NCBI GenBank assembly: GCA_021808365.1
Contig: JAKBBU010000005.1
Coordinates: forward strand, 1-59,509
Length of the DNA: 59,509 nt
DNA from: Pseudomonadota bacterium
GTDB taxonomy: Bacteria > Pseudomonadota > Gammaproteobacteria > JAKBBU01
Direction of reading: 5' to 3'
Shown piece by piece: positions 1-9,240 of this stretch. The translations under genes were made by a program, and so were the position numbers. Position 1 is the stretch's first letter; every line of letters starts with the position of its first letter. Under the pieces are notes generated by a model that worked only from the letters and a program-made list of their open reading frames with translations, searched no databases and had not been told where the DNA came from.

Positions 1-56
1 CTATAGGAAATTTTTCTAAGAGGGTGTTATGATTGAAAAATACGTAAATTTTTATT

Positions 57-164
57 TTTATAGCATTTGTCATATTTATTAAATACAGAGAAAGCTGCGC
101 CAATACGTGTTGTGGTATTGGCGCAGCTTTCTCTGTATTTAATAAATATGACAAATGCTATAAA
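57..164. repeat. Perfect inverted repeat, 50-bp arms with 8-nt loop GTGTTGTG
   Basis: 57-106 is the exact reverse complement of 115-164; homologous to 11518-11605. Confidence 0.95.
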
Positions 165-201
165 CTGTTTAAAAAGTTTAGCCCTTACAGCAATGACGAT
201 G

Positions 202-2043
202 CTATCCCAACTCCTCACACAAACGTAACCATTGTGCCTCAATGGTTTCTTGTTTTATACGGCTTTCTTTTTGGTCAGCTAAGATCATTTCCACCTGTTT
301 AGGATCAGCGCCATTCTGGTATAACAGCGGATCAGCCAATTGATGTTCCAATTGTTTCAAGTGTTCATTGATTTGTGCTAATTGTATCTCGAGTTTTTTT
401 AATTGGTCCAGAGACGATTTTTTAATTGATGCAGGAGTATCGGAGGATTTCGTAAGTTCTTTTGGTAAATCTCTGCGAAATTCTTGAACCCAACGCTCAT
501 AATCGGCCAAGTCGCCATCAAAGGGTGTTACTTTTCCATGTGCAACCAATAAAAATTCATCTGCAGTTGTTCGCAATAAATGACGATCATGCGATACTAA
601 GACAACTGCCCCTTCATATTCTTGTAAGGCCAAGCTTAAGGCTGCCCGGATGTCGATATCGAGATGATTCGTGGGTTCATCGAGCAAGAGAAGATTGGGC
701 CGTTGGTAAATGATCATGGACAGGGCCAAGCGTGCTTTTTCACCGCCCGATAACGATCCGACGAGCTGAAACGCTTTATTATGATCAAAGGCAAACCGGC
801 CCAAATAGGTTCGAATTTGTTGTTCAGACAATTTAGGATCTAATCGATGTAAATGTAAAAAAGGTGTTGCAGCTAAATCAAGGTATTCAAGTTGATGCTG
901 CGCAAAATAACCAATTTCCAATTTTGGATGGGCCACAGATGATCCGCCGAGTGCAGGTAATTGGCCTGCAAGAAAAGTCATCAAGGTTGACTTTCCTGCG
1001 CCATTGACGCCGAGCAGGCCCAGTCGTGTGCCGGGGTTTAAACTAAAACTCACTTTATTTAAAATGATATTGCCATCGTAGCCCAGATCAATACGATCCA
1101 AAGCTAACAAGGGATTGCCACTTGCTTTGGGCGGATAAAATTCAATATGAAATTCTGATCGTGATTGAATCGCACTCAATTGAGGTAATTTTTCAAGGGC
1201 TTTCATGCGGCTTTGTGCTTGTTTTGCTTTTGAGGCTTTTGCTTTAAAGCGATCAATGAATGATTGCATATGTGCACGCGCACGTTCTTGTTTTTCATAA
1301 GCACTTTGTTGCAGTGCTAATTTTGAATCACGTTGTTCTTCAAAGCGGTCATAATTGCCTTTGTAAAAATTGAGCTGCTGATTTTCAACATGAATGATGT
1401 GATCAATCGTTTGATTTAAAAAATCACGATCATGCGAAATCAATAATAAAGTACCGGTATACGCATTCAACCATTTTTCAAGCCAAATGACGGCATCCAG
1501 ATCCAGGTGATTTGTGGGTTCATCCAGCAGTAATAATTGAGAACGGCACATGAGGGCGCGGGCGATGTTTAATCGAACACACCATCCGCCTGAAAAAGCG
1601 GAGACAGGTTTATTCATATCAACGACATGAAACCCAAGTCCATGCAACATGCCGGCTGCGCGTGAATGAGCGGTGTAACCGTCAATGGTCGCGATTTTTT
1701 CATGGATGTTTGCGATTTTCATGCCGTCATTATCTTCGAGGGCTTGTTCAAGGGCCTTTTCGAGTTCGGCGAGTTCGCGATCGCCCTGGATCACATAATC
1801 AACGGCAGACGTTGAAACGCGAGGTGTTTCTTGTTCCACATGCGCAATTGTCCAATGGTTGGGGATCTCAAGTTCACCCGCATCCACAGGGCCTCGATCG
1901 CAGAGCAAGCGAAAAAAGCTGGTTTTTCCACAGCCATTGGGGCCAATGATCCCAATTTTGTGGCGATCGTGAATATCGAGGCTGACGTCTTTGAGCAAGA
2001 GTTGCGTACTGCGACGTAGGGAAAGGTTTTTTAATCTAATCAT
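202..2043 (-). CDS. ABC-F family ATPase (YheS-like)
   Basis: Two ABC domains (GPNGCGKT, FSGGW, LLLLDEPTNHLD; GVNGAGKS, LSGGEK), no TM segments, C-terminal coiled coil; start chosen at MIRLKNL. Confidence 0.9.
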   Translation of the reverse strand: MIRLKNLSLRRSTQLLLKDVSLDIHDRHKIGIIGPNGCGKTSFFRLLCDRGPVDAGELEIPNHWTIAHVEQETPRVSTSAVDYVIQGDRELAELEKALEQALEDNDGMKIANIHEKIATIDGYTAHSRAAGMLHGLGFHVVDMNKPVSAFSGGWCVRLNIARALMCRSQLLLLDEPTNHLDLDAVIWLEKWLNAYTGTLLLISHDRDFLNQTIDHIIHVENQQLNFYKGNYDRFEEQRDSKLALQQSAYEKQERARAHMQSFIDRFKAKASKAKQAQSRMKALEKLPQLSAIQSRSEFHIEFYPPKASGNPLLALDRIDLGYDGNIILNKVSFSLNPGTRLGLLGVNGAGKSTLMTFLAGQLPALGGSSVAHPKLEIGYFAQHQLEYLDLAATPFLHLHRLDPKLSEQQIRTYLGRFAFDHNKAFQLVGSLSGGEKARLALSMIIYQRPNLLLLDEPTNHLDIDIRAALSLALQEYEGAVVLVSHDRHLLRTTADEFLLVAHGKVTPFDGDLADYERWVQEFRRDLPKELTKSSDTPASIKKSSLDQLKKLEIQLAQINEHLKQLEHQLADPLLYQNGADPKQVEMILADQKESRIKQETIEAQWLRLCEELG

Positions 2044-2092
2044 TCGTGCATTATCCCAGATTGGGTTTATTATTGCCATTTATTCTGCATGA

Positions 2093-3259
2093 TTAAATCT
2101 CCCCCGACAAAATACCCGGTAAATCCCAGAGTGCATCTCGCAGAGGAATGACTTGAACCGTATCAAAATAATATCGGCGATCACCACCATAAATCAAAAA
2201 GAGTTTGGCTTCAGGATAATCTTTTTGAAATGAAAGTAACCCTTTTATATCGTACGAAGAAATATTTTTAGAACGCTTGATTTCAAAGGCAAGTAATCCT
2301 TGAGGGCCATGAATGACAAAATCAACTTCAATTCCTGTTGTGGTTCGCCAATAATAAAGTTGGTACTCAAGATCATAATAATCATTGATAGCTCGTAATG
2401 ATTGGAAAAAGAGTGTTTCTAGTGCAGCGCCCTCAATTTCAGCCTGCGTATCTGAAAAACCTTTCGGGCGTAAGGTTTGATAAACGCCGACATCAAAGTA
2501 ATAAAATTTAGGATGTTGCACAACTTGCCGTTTAGCTCTTTTGCTAAAAATAGGTAATCGAAAACCGAGAAGTAAATCATCCAAAATATCAAAATAATTA
2601 CTGACATTTTTTTGACTGGTATTGGTTTCTCTTGCAATAGCAGACATGTTGAGGATCTGCCCTTGTGAAAAGCTAGCCACTTCCAAAAATCGAGTAAATG
2701 TTGCTAAATTCCGCGTCAATCCTTCCTGCATAACTTCTTCACGCAAATAAGTGATCACATAAGCTTTTAGATAGGCTTTTGGATCGGGTTCTGAAAGCAA
2801 GGCAGGGAGCAAACCATGATTGAGGATGCGTGTCAGATCAAAACTTTTTCCTATTTCTTGTACGACCAGGGGATACATGTGGTACATGAGCGCTCTGCCG
2901 GCCAGCAAGTTAACACCTTGTTTGCGTAAGCTTCTTGCGCTTGAGCCTGTGAGAACAAAGGCATGGTGCTCTTTTTCAATGAGTCGATGAACTTCATTGA
3001 GCAGTTCAGGGATCCGTTGTACTTCGTCAAGTACAATCCAGTTTTTGTAGTTTTTAGGGATGAGATTTTCTAAGCCGCGCGGATGAGCCAGAAGTTGGGT
3101 ATAAACATCTGAGTCCAGTAGATCAAGGTAGAGCGCATCGCTTAAGTTTTCCTTGATCCAATAAGTTTTGCCTGTGCCTCTAGGTCCTAGGAGAAAAAAG
3201 CTTTTTTTATAGCTCAGTGGTTTTTTAAGGATTCTCGAAACCATTTTTCTATTTTCCAT
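2093..3259 (-). CDS. AAA+ ATPase, AAA_14/DUF4143 type
   Basis: GPRGTGKT, LDEVQ, TGSS, KFYYFDVG and C-terminal EVDF...EIK nuclease-like motif. Confidence 0.85.
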   Translation of the reverse strand: MENRKMVSRILKKPLSYKKSFFLLGPRGTGKTYWIKENLSDALYLDLLDSDVYTQLLAHPRGLENLIPKNYKNWIVLDEVQRIPELLNEVHRLIEKEHHAFVLTGSSARSLRKQGVNLLAGRALMYHMYPLVVQEIGKSFDLTRILNHGLLPALLSEPDPKAYLKAYVITYLREEVMQEGLTRNLATFTRFLEVASFSQGQILNMSAIARETNTSQKNVSNYFDILDDLLLGFRLPIFSKRAKRQVVQHPKFYYFDVGVYQTLRPKGFSDTQAEIEGAALETLFFQSLRAINDYYDLEYQLYYWRTTTGIEVDFVIHGPQGLLAFEIKRSKNISSYDIKGLLSFQKDYPEAKLFLIYGGDRRYYFDTVQVIPLRDALWDLPGILSGEI

Positions 3260-3408
3260 GGTTTTTTAGAAAAAGCGATTCTAAAAAAGAGTCTAGGGTG
3301 TTTTTTGGGAGATGTCAAATTAACTGAATGGACATAATCTGGATTCGCCCCACATCTAGCGTTCTCCATCAAATTTTGTTAGCCTAATCCTCCTGCAAAG
3401 GAGGAAAC

Positions 3409-4398
3409 ATGGAAAAAACGCTAGAGCGGACATCGACCAGCCGACCGCTGATTTTGAAACTTAAGGAACATTTACAGCAACGGATCCTCGGCCAAGAGCG
3501 GCTTGTTGATCGACTTCTTATTACTCTCCTATCGGATGGCCATCTTCTGGTCGAGGGTGCGCCAGGACTGGCAAAAACGAAAGCAATCAAAGAGTTAAGT
3601 GCTGGGATCGAAGCAGATTTTCATCGGATTCAATTCACGCCCGATCTCTTGCCTGCTGATCTGACGGGCACTGAAATTTATCGTCCGCAAGATGGATCCT
3701 TTCGTTTTGAACAAGGGCCTATTTTTCACCACTTTATTCTAGCTGACGAAATCAACCGTGCACCCGCCAAGGTTCAATCGGCATTGCTCGAAGCCATGGC
3801 TGAACGGCAAGTGACGATTGGTCATACAACCTATGGCTTACCAGATCTTTTTCTTGTGATGGCCACACAAAATCCTATTGAACAAGAAGGGACTTACCCA
3901 CTGCCTGAAGCACAATTGGATCGTTTTCTTATGTATGTGCGTGTGGATTATCCCAATGTCGCAACAGAACGCGCGATCCTGCATTTAGCTCGAGAAGAAG
4001 CTTTACGTGGACATGCTCAAATGCCGTCAATGCCCTTTGTTGATGAATTAGCGATTCACCAAGCGCGGCGGGAAATTTTAAATTTACACATGGTGCAATC
4101 TCTCGAAGAATACATCGTGCAACTCGTGATGGCGACGCGTGATTTGAGTGTATATGGCAGCGATTTAGCATCCCATTTGCGTTACGGTGCAAGCCCACGT
4201 GCAACACTCGCGCTTGATCGTTGTTCGCGAGCCCATGCTTGGCTGCGTGGTCGCGATTATGTTTCACCCGATGATATTCTTGCGATTGTGCATGATGTGT
4301 TACGCCATCGTCTCGTACTCAGTTATGAAGCGCGAGCAGAAGGTATCGATACGGATCGCGTGATCACCGAAATTTTAAATCGCGTCGCGATACCTTAA
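3409..4398 (+). CDS. moxR: MoxR family AAA+ ATPase
   Basis: EGAPGLAKT, RIQFTPDLLPAD, DEINRAPAKVQSALLEAM, ATQNPIEQEGTYPLPEAQLDRF. Confidence 0.95.
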   Translation: MEKTLERTSTSRPLILKLKEHLQQRILGQERLVDRLLITLLSDGHLLVEGAPGLAKTKAIKELSAGIEADFHRIQFTPDLLPADLTGTEIYRPQDGSFRFEQGPIFHHFILADEINRAPAKVQSALLEAMAERQVTIGHTTYGLPDLFLVMATQNPIEQEGTYPLPEAQLDRFLMYVRVDYPNVATERAILHLAREEALRGHAQMPSMPFVDELAIHQARREILNLHMVQSLEEYIVQLVMATRDLSVYGSDLASHLRYGASPRATLALDRCSRAHAWLRGRDYVSPDDILAIVHDVLRHRLVLSYEARAEGIDTDRVITEILNRVAIP

Positions 4399-4409
4399 AC
4401 GGACTTGTT

Positions 4410-5297
4410 ATGCTCAAAGGAACGACAGTCGATTTACAACAATTATTGAAACTTCGCTCTTATGCACAAGGGATTGATTTATTGCGCGGCAAACAAGTTG
4501 CCAGCCAACGTCATGGGATTGACGTGTCAGGATTTCGGGGGCGCGGGATGGATTTTGACGAAGTTCGGGTCTATCAACCTGGCGACGAAATGCGCCATGT
4601 GCATTGGCGTGTCACAGCAAAAACTGGCGTGCCACATACTAAACTCTACCGAGAAGAACGCGAACGGCCCTTAATGGTCATTGTCGACTATAGTGCTACG
4701 ATGCGGTTTGCAACACGAGTTGCTTATAAATCGGTGATTGCCGCTGAAGCTGCAAGCTTGATCGCTTGGGCCGGTGTTGCACAAGGTTATCGTACAGGTG
4801 GGCTTGTGTTTAATGGCGAACAACAATGGGAATCTCCACTGTGTTCACGTGAACAAGGAGCTGTGTCTATTTTAAAATTACTTGCGCAATCGTCAGGCAA
4901 ACTCCAAATAGGTGGATTATCATCCGCCTTGAAAACAGTGCAACGTTCTGTGCGTCCGGGCACAGTGATTTTTATATTAAGCGATTTTCAGCACATCGAT
5001 CATGAAATAGAGCAATCTTTTTCACAATTGGCCGATCATCACGAATTAGTGGTGGGTTTTATTTACGATCCCATCGAACAAGAACTTCCACCGGCTGATC
5101 AATATGGTTTTGCAAAGAATGACATGATTCTTAGCATTGACACAGGTAACGGCCGATTACGATCAGAATATCGCGCGCAATTTGATGCACATAGAGATGC
5201 TTTAAAAAAAATGTGTGCTAAATGCGGTATTTCTTTTTTAGAATTACCCACAGACCAAGAGGTTCGAAAAAAGTTACAACAGCGAGGGCAAGGATGA
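4410..5297 (+). CDS. DUF58 family protein
   Basis: GRGMDFDEVRVYQPGDEMRHVHWRVTA motif; follows moxR. Confidence 0.9.
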   Translation: MLKGTTVDLQQLLKLRSYAQGIDLLRGKQVASQRHGIDVSGFRGRGMDFDEVRVYQPGDEMRHVHWRVTAKTGVPHTKLYREERERPLMVIVDYSATMRFATRVAYKSVIAAEAASLIAWAGVAQGYRTGGLVFNGEQQWESPLCSREQGAVSILKLLAQSSGKLQIGGLSSALKTVQRSVRPGTVIFILSDFQHIDHEIEQSFSQLADHHELVVGFIYDPIEQELPPADQYGFAKNDMILSIDTGNGRLRSEYRAQFDAHRDALKKMCAKCGISFLELPTDQEVRKKLQQRGQG

Positions 5298-5767
5298 ATA
5301 ATACTGATCCATTAAGCACACTCAAAGATCTTCACTTACCCGCCTCAATTGGCTTTTGGTACCCAGCTTGGGGATGGTGGGTTTTAGCCGCGCTCATCTT
5401 GCTGATTGCTGCCTATGTCGGTGGACGATTTTATATAAAATGGCAGCATAATTGGGAGCGCCGTGGCGCATTGCGGGAGCTTGAAGAATTACGGAAATGC
5501 TATCTGGAAAGTCGAAACCTGCATTATGTAAGCCAAGCCGCGATTCTATTAAAGCGTGTCAGTTTGCATTATTTTCCAGCTGAAGAAGTTGCAGGATTGT
5601 CGAGCGGTGAATGGCTTAAATTTCTTAATCGCACAGCGAAGACGGATATTTTTTCAGGAGAAGTGGGCGAATTATTGTTGACAGTTCCTTATCAAGCAAT
5701 TTCTGAGTGGGATGCGACGGCCGTCTTTAATGCGGTGGAGGTTTGGATTCGGGAGAGCGAATGTTAA
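5294..5767 (+). CDS. DUF4381 family membrane protein
   Basis: LKDLHLP...WYPAWGWW plus TM helix; ATGA overlap with DUF58 gene. Confidence 0.8.
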   Translation: MNNTDPLSTLKDLHLPASIGFWYPAWGWWVLAALILLIAAYVGGRFYIKWQHNWERRGALRELEELRKCYLESRNLHYVSQAAILLKRVSLHYFPAEEVAGLSSGEWLKFLNRTAKTDIFSGEVGELLLTVPYQAISEWDATAVFNAVEVWIRESEC

Positions 5768-6861
5768 GCCTTGCATATCCTTGGGTTCTCTTATTATTAC
5801 CATTGGCCTGGTTGGTACGTAGGTTTATTCCTCCAGCACCGCCTCGTTTGCAAACAGCCTTATCCGTGCCTTTTTTTAATCGAATTGCAGCTTTATCAAA
5901 AGTCGGCCTATCGTCGCCACAAGTAAAAAAATACAAGCTTATTTTGGTTTATGTGATTTGGATCTTATTGGTGTTTGCAGCCAGTGGCCCGCAATGGGTA
6001 GGTGCGCCGGTTCATTTACCAAAAAGTGGCCGTAATATCATGCTGATCGTCGATTTATCTGGTAGCATGCAGGTCCCTGATCTAACCTTGCAGGGGACAC
6101 CTTCAACGCGTTTGGATGTTGTAAAATCAGTTGCAGAACAATTTATTCACGATCGCGTGGGTGATCGACTTGGCCTGGTTTTATTTGGCGCACGAGCTTA
6201 CCTTCAAACACCACTGACATTTGATCGTCAAACCGTCAGTGACATGCTCAATGATGCAACATTGGGCTTGGCGGGAGATCAAACTGCCATTGGTGATGCT
6301 GTGGGATTAGCCGTAAAATCACTATTACAAGTGCCTAAAAGCAGCCGGGTGATTGTGTTATTAACCGATGGGGGCAATAATGCCGGTACCTTATTACCAC
6401 TACAAGCAGCAAGGTTAGCTACACAAGCAGGCATTAAAATTTATACAATTGGTATCGGTGCCGATAGCCTCGTTGTTCAAAGTACATTGGGACCAAAAGT
6501 GATCAATCCTTCATCGGATTTAGATCAAAATACCTTAAAGCAAATGGCGGATATGACAGGCGGGCTTTTTTTTCGCGCAAAAGATACAAGTCAATTAAAG
6601 GCAGCATACGCAACATTGGATCGGGTTGAACCTGTTGCAAGCGGCGCGGGTATTTTTCGGCCGACTAAAACATTCTTCCAATGGCCATTGAGTATGGCCT
6701 TTTTGTTAGCACTGAGTTTATGGGCTTCTAAATTGTCGATTTTTGCACAATTTCTGCCTCGCATGTCATTTTCTATGGCTCGAACGATATTTACTTTGAA
6801 TGTGCGCAAAATTTTTGGTTTGGAAAAAAAATTAATTGAGAAAAAAAGAGGTGCCCTATGA
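5761..6861 (+). CDS. vWA-domain protein, BatA-like
   Basis: N-terminal TM, DLSGSM MIDAS motif, TAIGDA, LLTDG. Confidence 0.9.
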   Translation: MLSLAYPWVLLLLPLAWLVRRFIPPAPPRLQTALSVPFFNRIAALSKVGLSSPQVKKYKLILVYVIWILLVFAASGPQWVGAPVHLPKSGRNIMLIVDLSGSMQVPDLTLQGTPSTRLDVVKSVAEQFIHDRVGDRLGLVLFGARAYLQTPLTFDRQTVSDMLNDATLGLAGDQTAIGDAVGLAVKSLLQVPKSSRVIVLLTDGGNNAGTLLPLQAARLATQAGIKIYTIGIGADSLVVQSTLGPKVINPSSDLDQNTLKQMADMTGGLFFRAKDTSQLKAAYATLDRVEPVASGAGIFRPTKTFFQWPLSMAFLLALSLWASKLSIFAQFLPRMSFSMARTIFTLNVRKIFGLEKKLIEKKRGAL

Positions 6862-7850
6862 TCAGCACCCTGCATTTTTTAAGACCTTGGTGGTTTTTGG
6901 CGCTCTTGCCATTTTTCTATCTTTTTTTCTGTCATTGTCGCGAACGTCATCGAGCAGGGGCTTGGGAAAAAGCCTGTGATCCTGAACTATTATCACATTT
7001 AGTGGTCAACCCAAAACAAGCTAAACATCAATGGTCATTGGTCTTCATTGTGTTAACTGGATTATTCACAATTCTTGCGCTCTGCGGACCGAGTGTGAAA
7101 TCGATTCCTGCACCGGTGTATAGCATCAACGATGCGCGTGTGATTGCGCTTGATTTATCGCCGACACTCAATGCAACGGATCTCGTCCCTTCACGTTTAG
7201 TGCGTGCACGCTATAAGGTTTTGGATCTGTTAAAACAGGCCGAAGGTCAAACAGGATTGGTAGCGTTTACCAGTGAAGCATATACCGTTTCACCATTAAC
7301 GCGTGATACGAATACGATGGCAGCGATGGTGAATGATTTAAGTCCTGAGATCATGCCCGTGACGGGCGAAAGTATTCAAGCGGCATTGGTACAAGCCAAA
7401 AGCTTATTTCAACAAAGCGGGCAGTCCCGTGGCTCAGTCATTTTAGTCACAGATGCTGATCCCACTTCGGATGATTTAGCCATGGCGAAGCAAATGAATC
7501 AGGATGGATTTAAAATTTCAGTGCTGGGTGTGGGGACGCCAAAAGGTTCTGCAATTCCAACCTCAAATGGTTATTTAAAAAATGATGATGATCAATTGGC
7601 CTGGAGTACGTTAAATGAAACGGCATTGAGTACACTTGCCGCAGCAGGTGGAGGGGTTTATAGAACGATCACTGATAATGATGCGGATGTTCGTGCTTTA
7701 TTAAACACGAATCATTCTCAAACGGAGACAAAAAAAACGAATGAAAGTGCCGATATTTTTATTGATGCTGGGATTTGGTTCGTTTTTTTATTATTGCCCT
7801 TGATGTTATTAGTTTTGAGACGAGGTTGGTTAGAGGAGTTAATCAGGTGA
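6858..7850 (+). CDS. vWA-domain protein, BatB-like
   Basis: HFLRPWW, DLSPT, PSRL, VSPLT, LVTD; ATGA overlap. Confidence 0.85.
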   Translation: MISTLHFLRPWWFLALLPFFYLFFCHCRERHRAGAWEKACDPELLSHLVVNPKQAKHQWSLVFIVLTGLFTILALCGPSVKSIPAPVYSINDARVIALDLSPTLNATDLVPSRLVRARYKVLDLLKQAEGQTGLVAFTSEAYTVSPLTRDTNTMAAMVNDLSPEIMPVTGESIQAALVQAKSLFQQSGQSRGSVILVTDADPTSDDLAMAKQMNQDGFKISVLGVGTPKGSAIPTSNGYLKNDDDQLAWSTLNETALSTLAAAGGGVYRTITDNDADVRALLNTNHSQTETKKTNESADIFIDAGIWFVFLLLPLMLLVLRRGWLEELIR

Positions 7851-8689
7851 TTGCTTCTAAGTTTATTTTTTTTACAATACTTGTTTTTTTTCCTTTGCTA
7901 TCACAAGCATCACCTTGGACTAATCTTTGGTTGCGGCCTGATCAACAAGCAGCCCGTTTGTTGAGTCACAACCAACCCCAGGAAGCAGCTCAAAAATTTG
8001 AGGATCCCGCGTGGCGGGCGGTGGCGGAATATCGGGCTGGTGATTATGATGCGGCATTAAAGGATTTTTCGCGATTGGATACAACGGATTCTAATTATAA
8101 TCGGGGCAATACGTTGGCACAGTTGGGGCGGTATCAAGATGCCCTAGCGGCCTATGATCAAAGTTTAAAGCAAGATCCTAAGAACAAGGATGCGCAATAT
8201 AATCGAGCCATCGTTGAGAAATTATTGCAACAGCCTCATCAGCAAGATCAACCTTCTCAGAATGATTCTTCGAAAAATAAAGATTCAAGTCAAAAGTCCG
8301 ATAAAAATGGATCTCAAAAACCTTCATCGCCGAATCAAAAAAATCCTCCTGATCCGTCGCAACAACATTCTCCGCCCGATCAACCGCCTCAGCCATCTCA
8401 AAATAATCAGTCATCGTCTGATCAAGGCAATCAAAAGCAAGATCAAAATCAAACGAATCCTTCACAGAATAAGGCTCAGAATGAGGTGCAAAATCAGGTC
8501 CAGCAAAACGATCAACAAGAGGGGCAGTCAGAAGCGGCTAAACAAACATCAGCATCTGCGTTGCAAAATCCTCAGCAAGAGCAGGCCATGCAGCAATGGT
8601 TACAAAGTATTCCCGATGATCCAGGTGGTTTATTACGCCAGAAATTTTTGAGGGACCATCAACAAAAGATGACACAATCTGGGGTTTAA
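7847..8689 (+). CDS. TPR protein, BatC-like, with Q/N-rich linker
   Basis: YNRGNTLAQLGRYQDA TPR and C-terminal WLQSIPDDPGGLLRQKF; GTGA overlap. Confidence 0.85.
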   Translation: MIASKFIFFTILVFFPLLSQASPWTNLWLRPDQQAARLLSHNQPQEAAQKFEDPAWRAVAEYRAGDYDAALKDFSRLDTTDSNYNRGNTLAQLGRYQDALAAYDQSLKQDPKNKDAQYNRAIVEKLLQQPHQQDQPSQNDSSKNKDSSQKSDKNGSQKPSSPNQKNPPDPSQQHSPPDQPPQPSQNNQSSSDQGNQKQDQNQTNPSQNKAQNEVQNQVQQNDQQEGQSEAAKQTSASALQNPQQEQAMQQWLQSIPDDPGGLLRQKFLRDHQQKMTQSGV

Positions 8690-8691
8690 TA

Positions 8692-9213
8692 GTGAATTAC
8701 ACACAAAAAATTAGATCAATTCATGAAGAACTAGGTATCCCTCAACATTATGCAAAAGAACGAGGATTAACACTTCAGGTTGAAGCAGAAACACTGGAGT
8801 TAGTTGAAACACGAGAAGGCCGAGAATTTCATTTAATTCCTGAAGCAGCACAGTCTTGGGTTAAGCTGAAAACAGCTGCAGAACGCGAACAGATTATTTT
8901 GCAAGTAGGTTCTGCATTTCGCAGTGTGGATCGTCAAGTTCAATTGGTGCGAGGAAAGTTAGAGCGCGGCCTGGCCCTCGATGAAATTCTTCGTGCCCTG
9001 GCAGCGCCCGGTTACAGTGAACATCACACAGGTCGCGCTGTGGATGTGATCACAGTTGATTCCGCACCTTTTTTAGAAGAATTTGAAAAAAGCGAGGCAT
9101 TTGCTTGGTTACAAGCAAATGCACAACGCTATCATTTTTTCTTGTCGTTTCCTCGCAATAACACCCATGGGATCATGTATGAACCTTGGCATTGGTGTTA
9201 CGCTTTGGAGTAA
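8692..9213 (+). CDS. M15B D-Ala-D-Ala carboxypeptidase (VanY-like)
   Basis: SAFRS, APGYSEHHTGRAVD and YEPWHW zinc motifs. Confidence 0.9.
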   Translation: MNYTQKIRSIHEELGIPQHYAKERGLTLQVEAETLELVETREGREFHLIPEAAQSWVKLKTAAEREQIILQVGSAFRSVDRQVQLVRGKLERGLALDEILRALAAPGYSEHHTGRAVDVITVDSAPFLEEFEKSEAFAWLQANAQRYHFFLSFPRNNTHGIMYEPWHWCYALE

Positions 9214-9240
9214 TACGGTCTGCATTCTTAAATGCGGACA

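Noticed and set aside
27-242. 71-aa ORF spanning the first palindrome
   Set aside because: It overlaps the ABC-F end and the hairpin, and the homologous hairpin has no conserved start or frame.
8178-8651. Alternative-frame ORFs in the TPR gene
   Set aside because: They are by-products of the Q/N-rich low-complexity linker.
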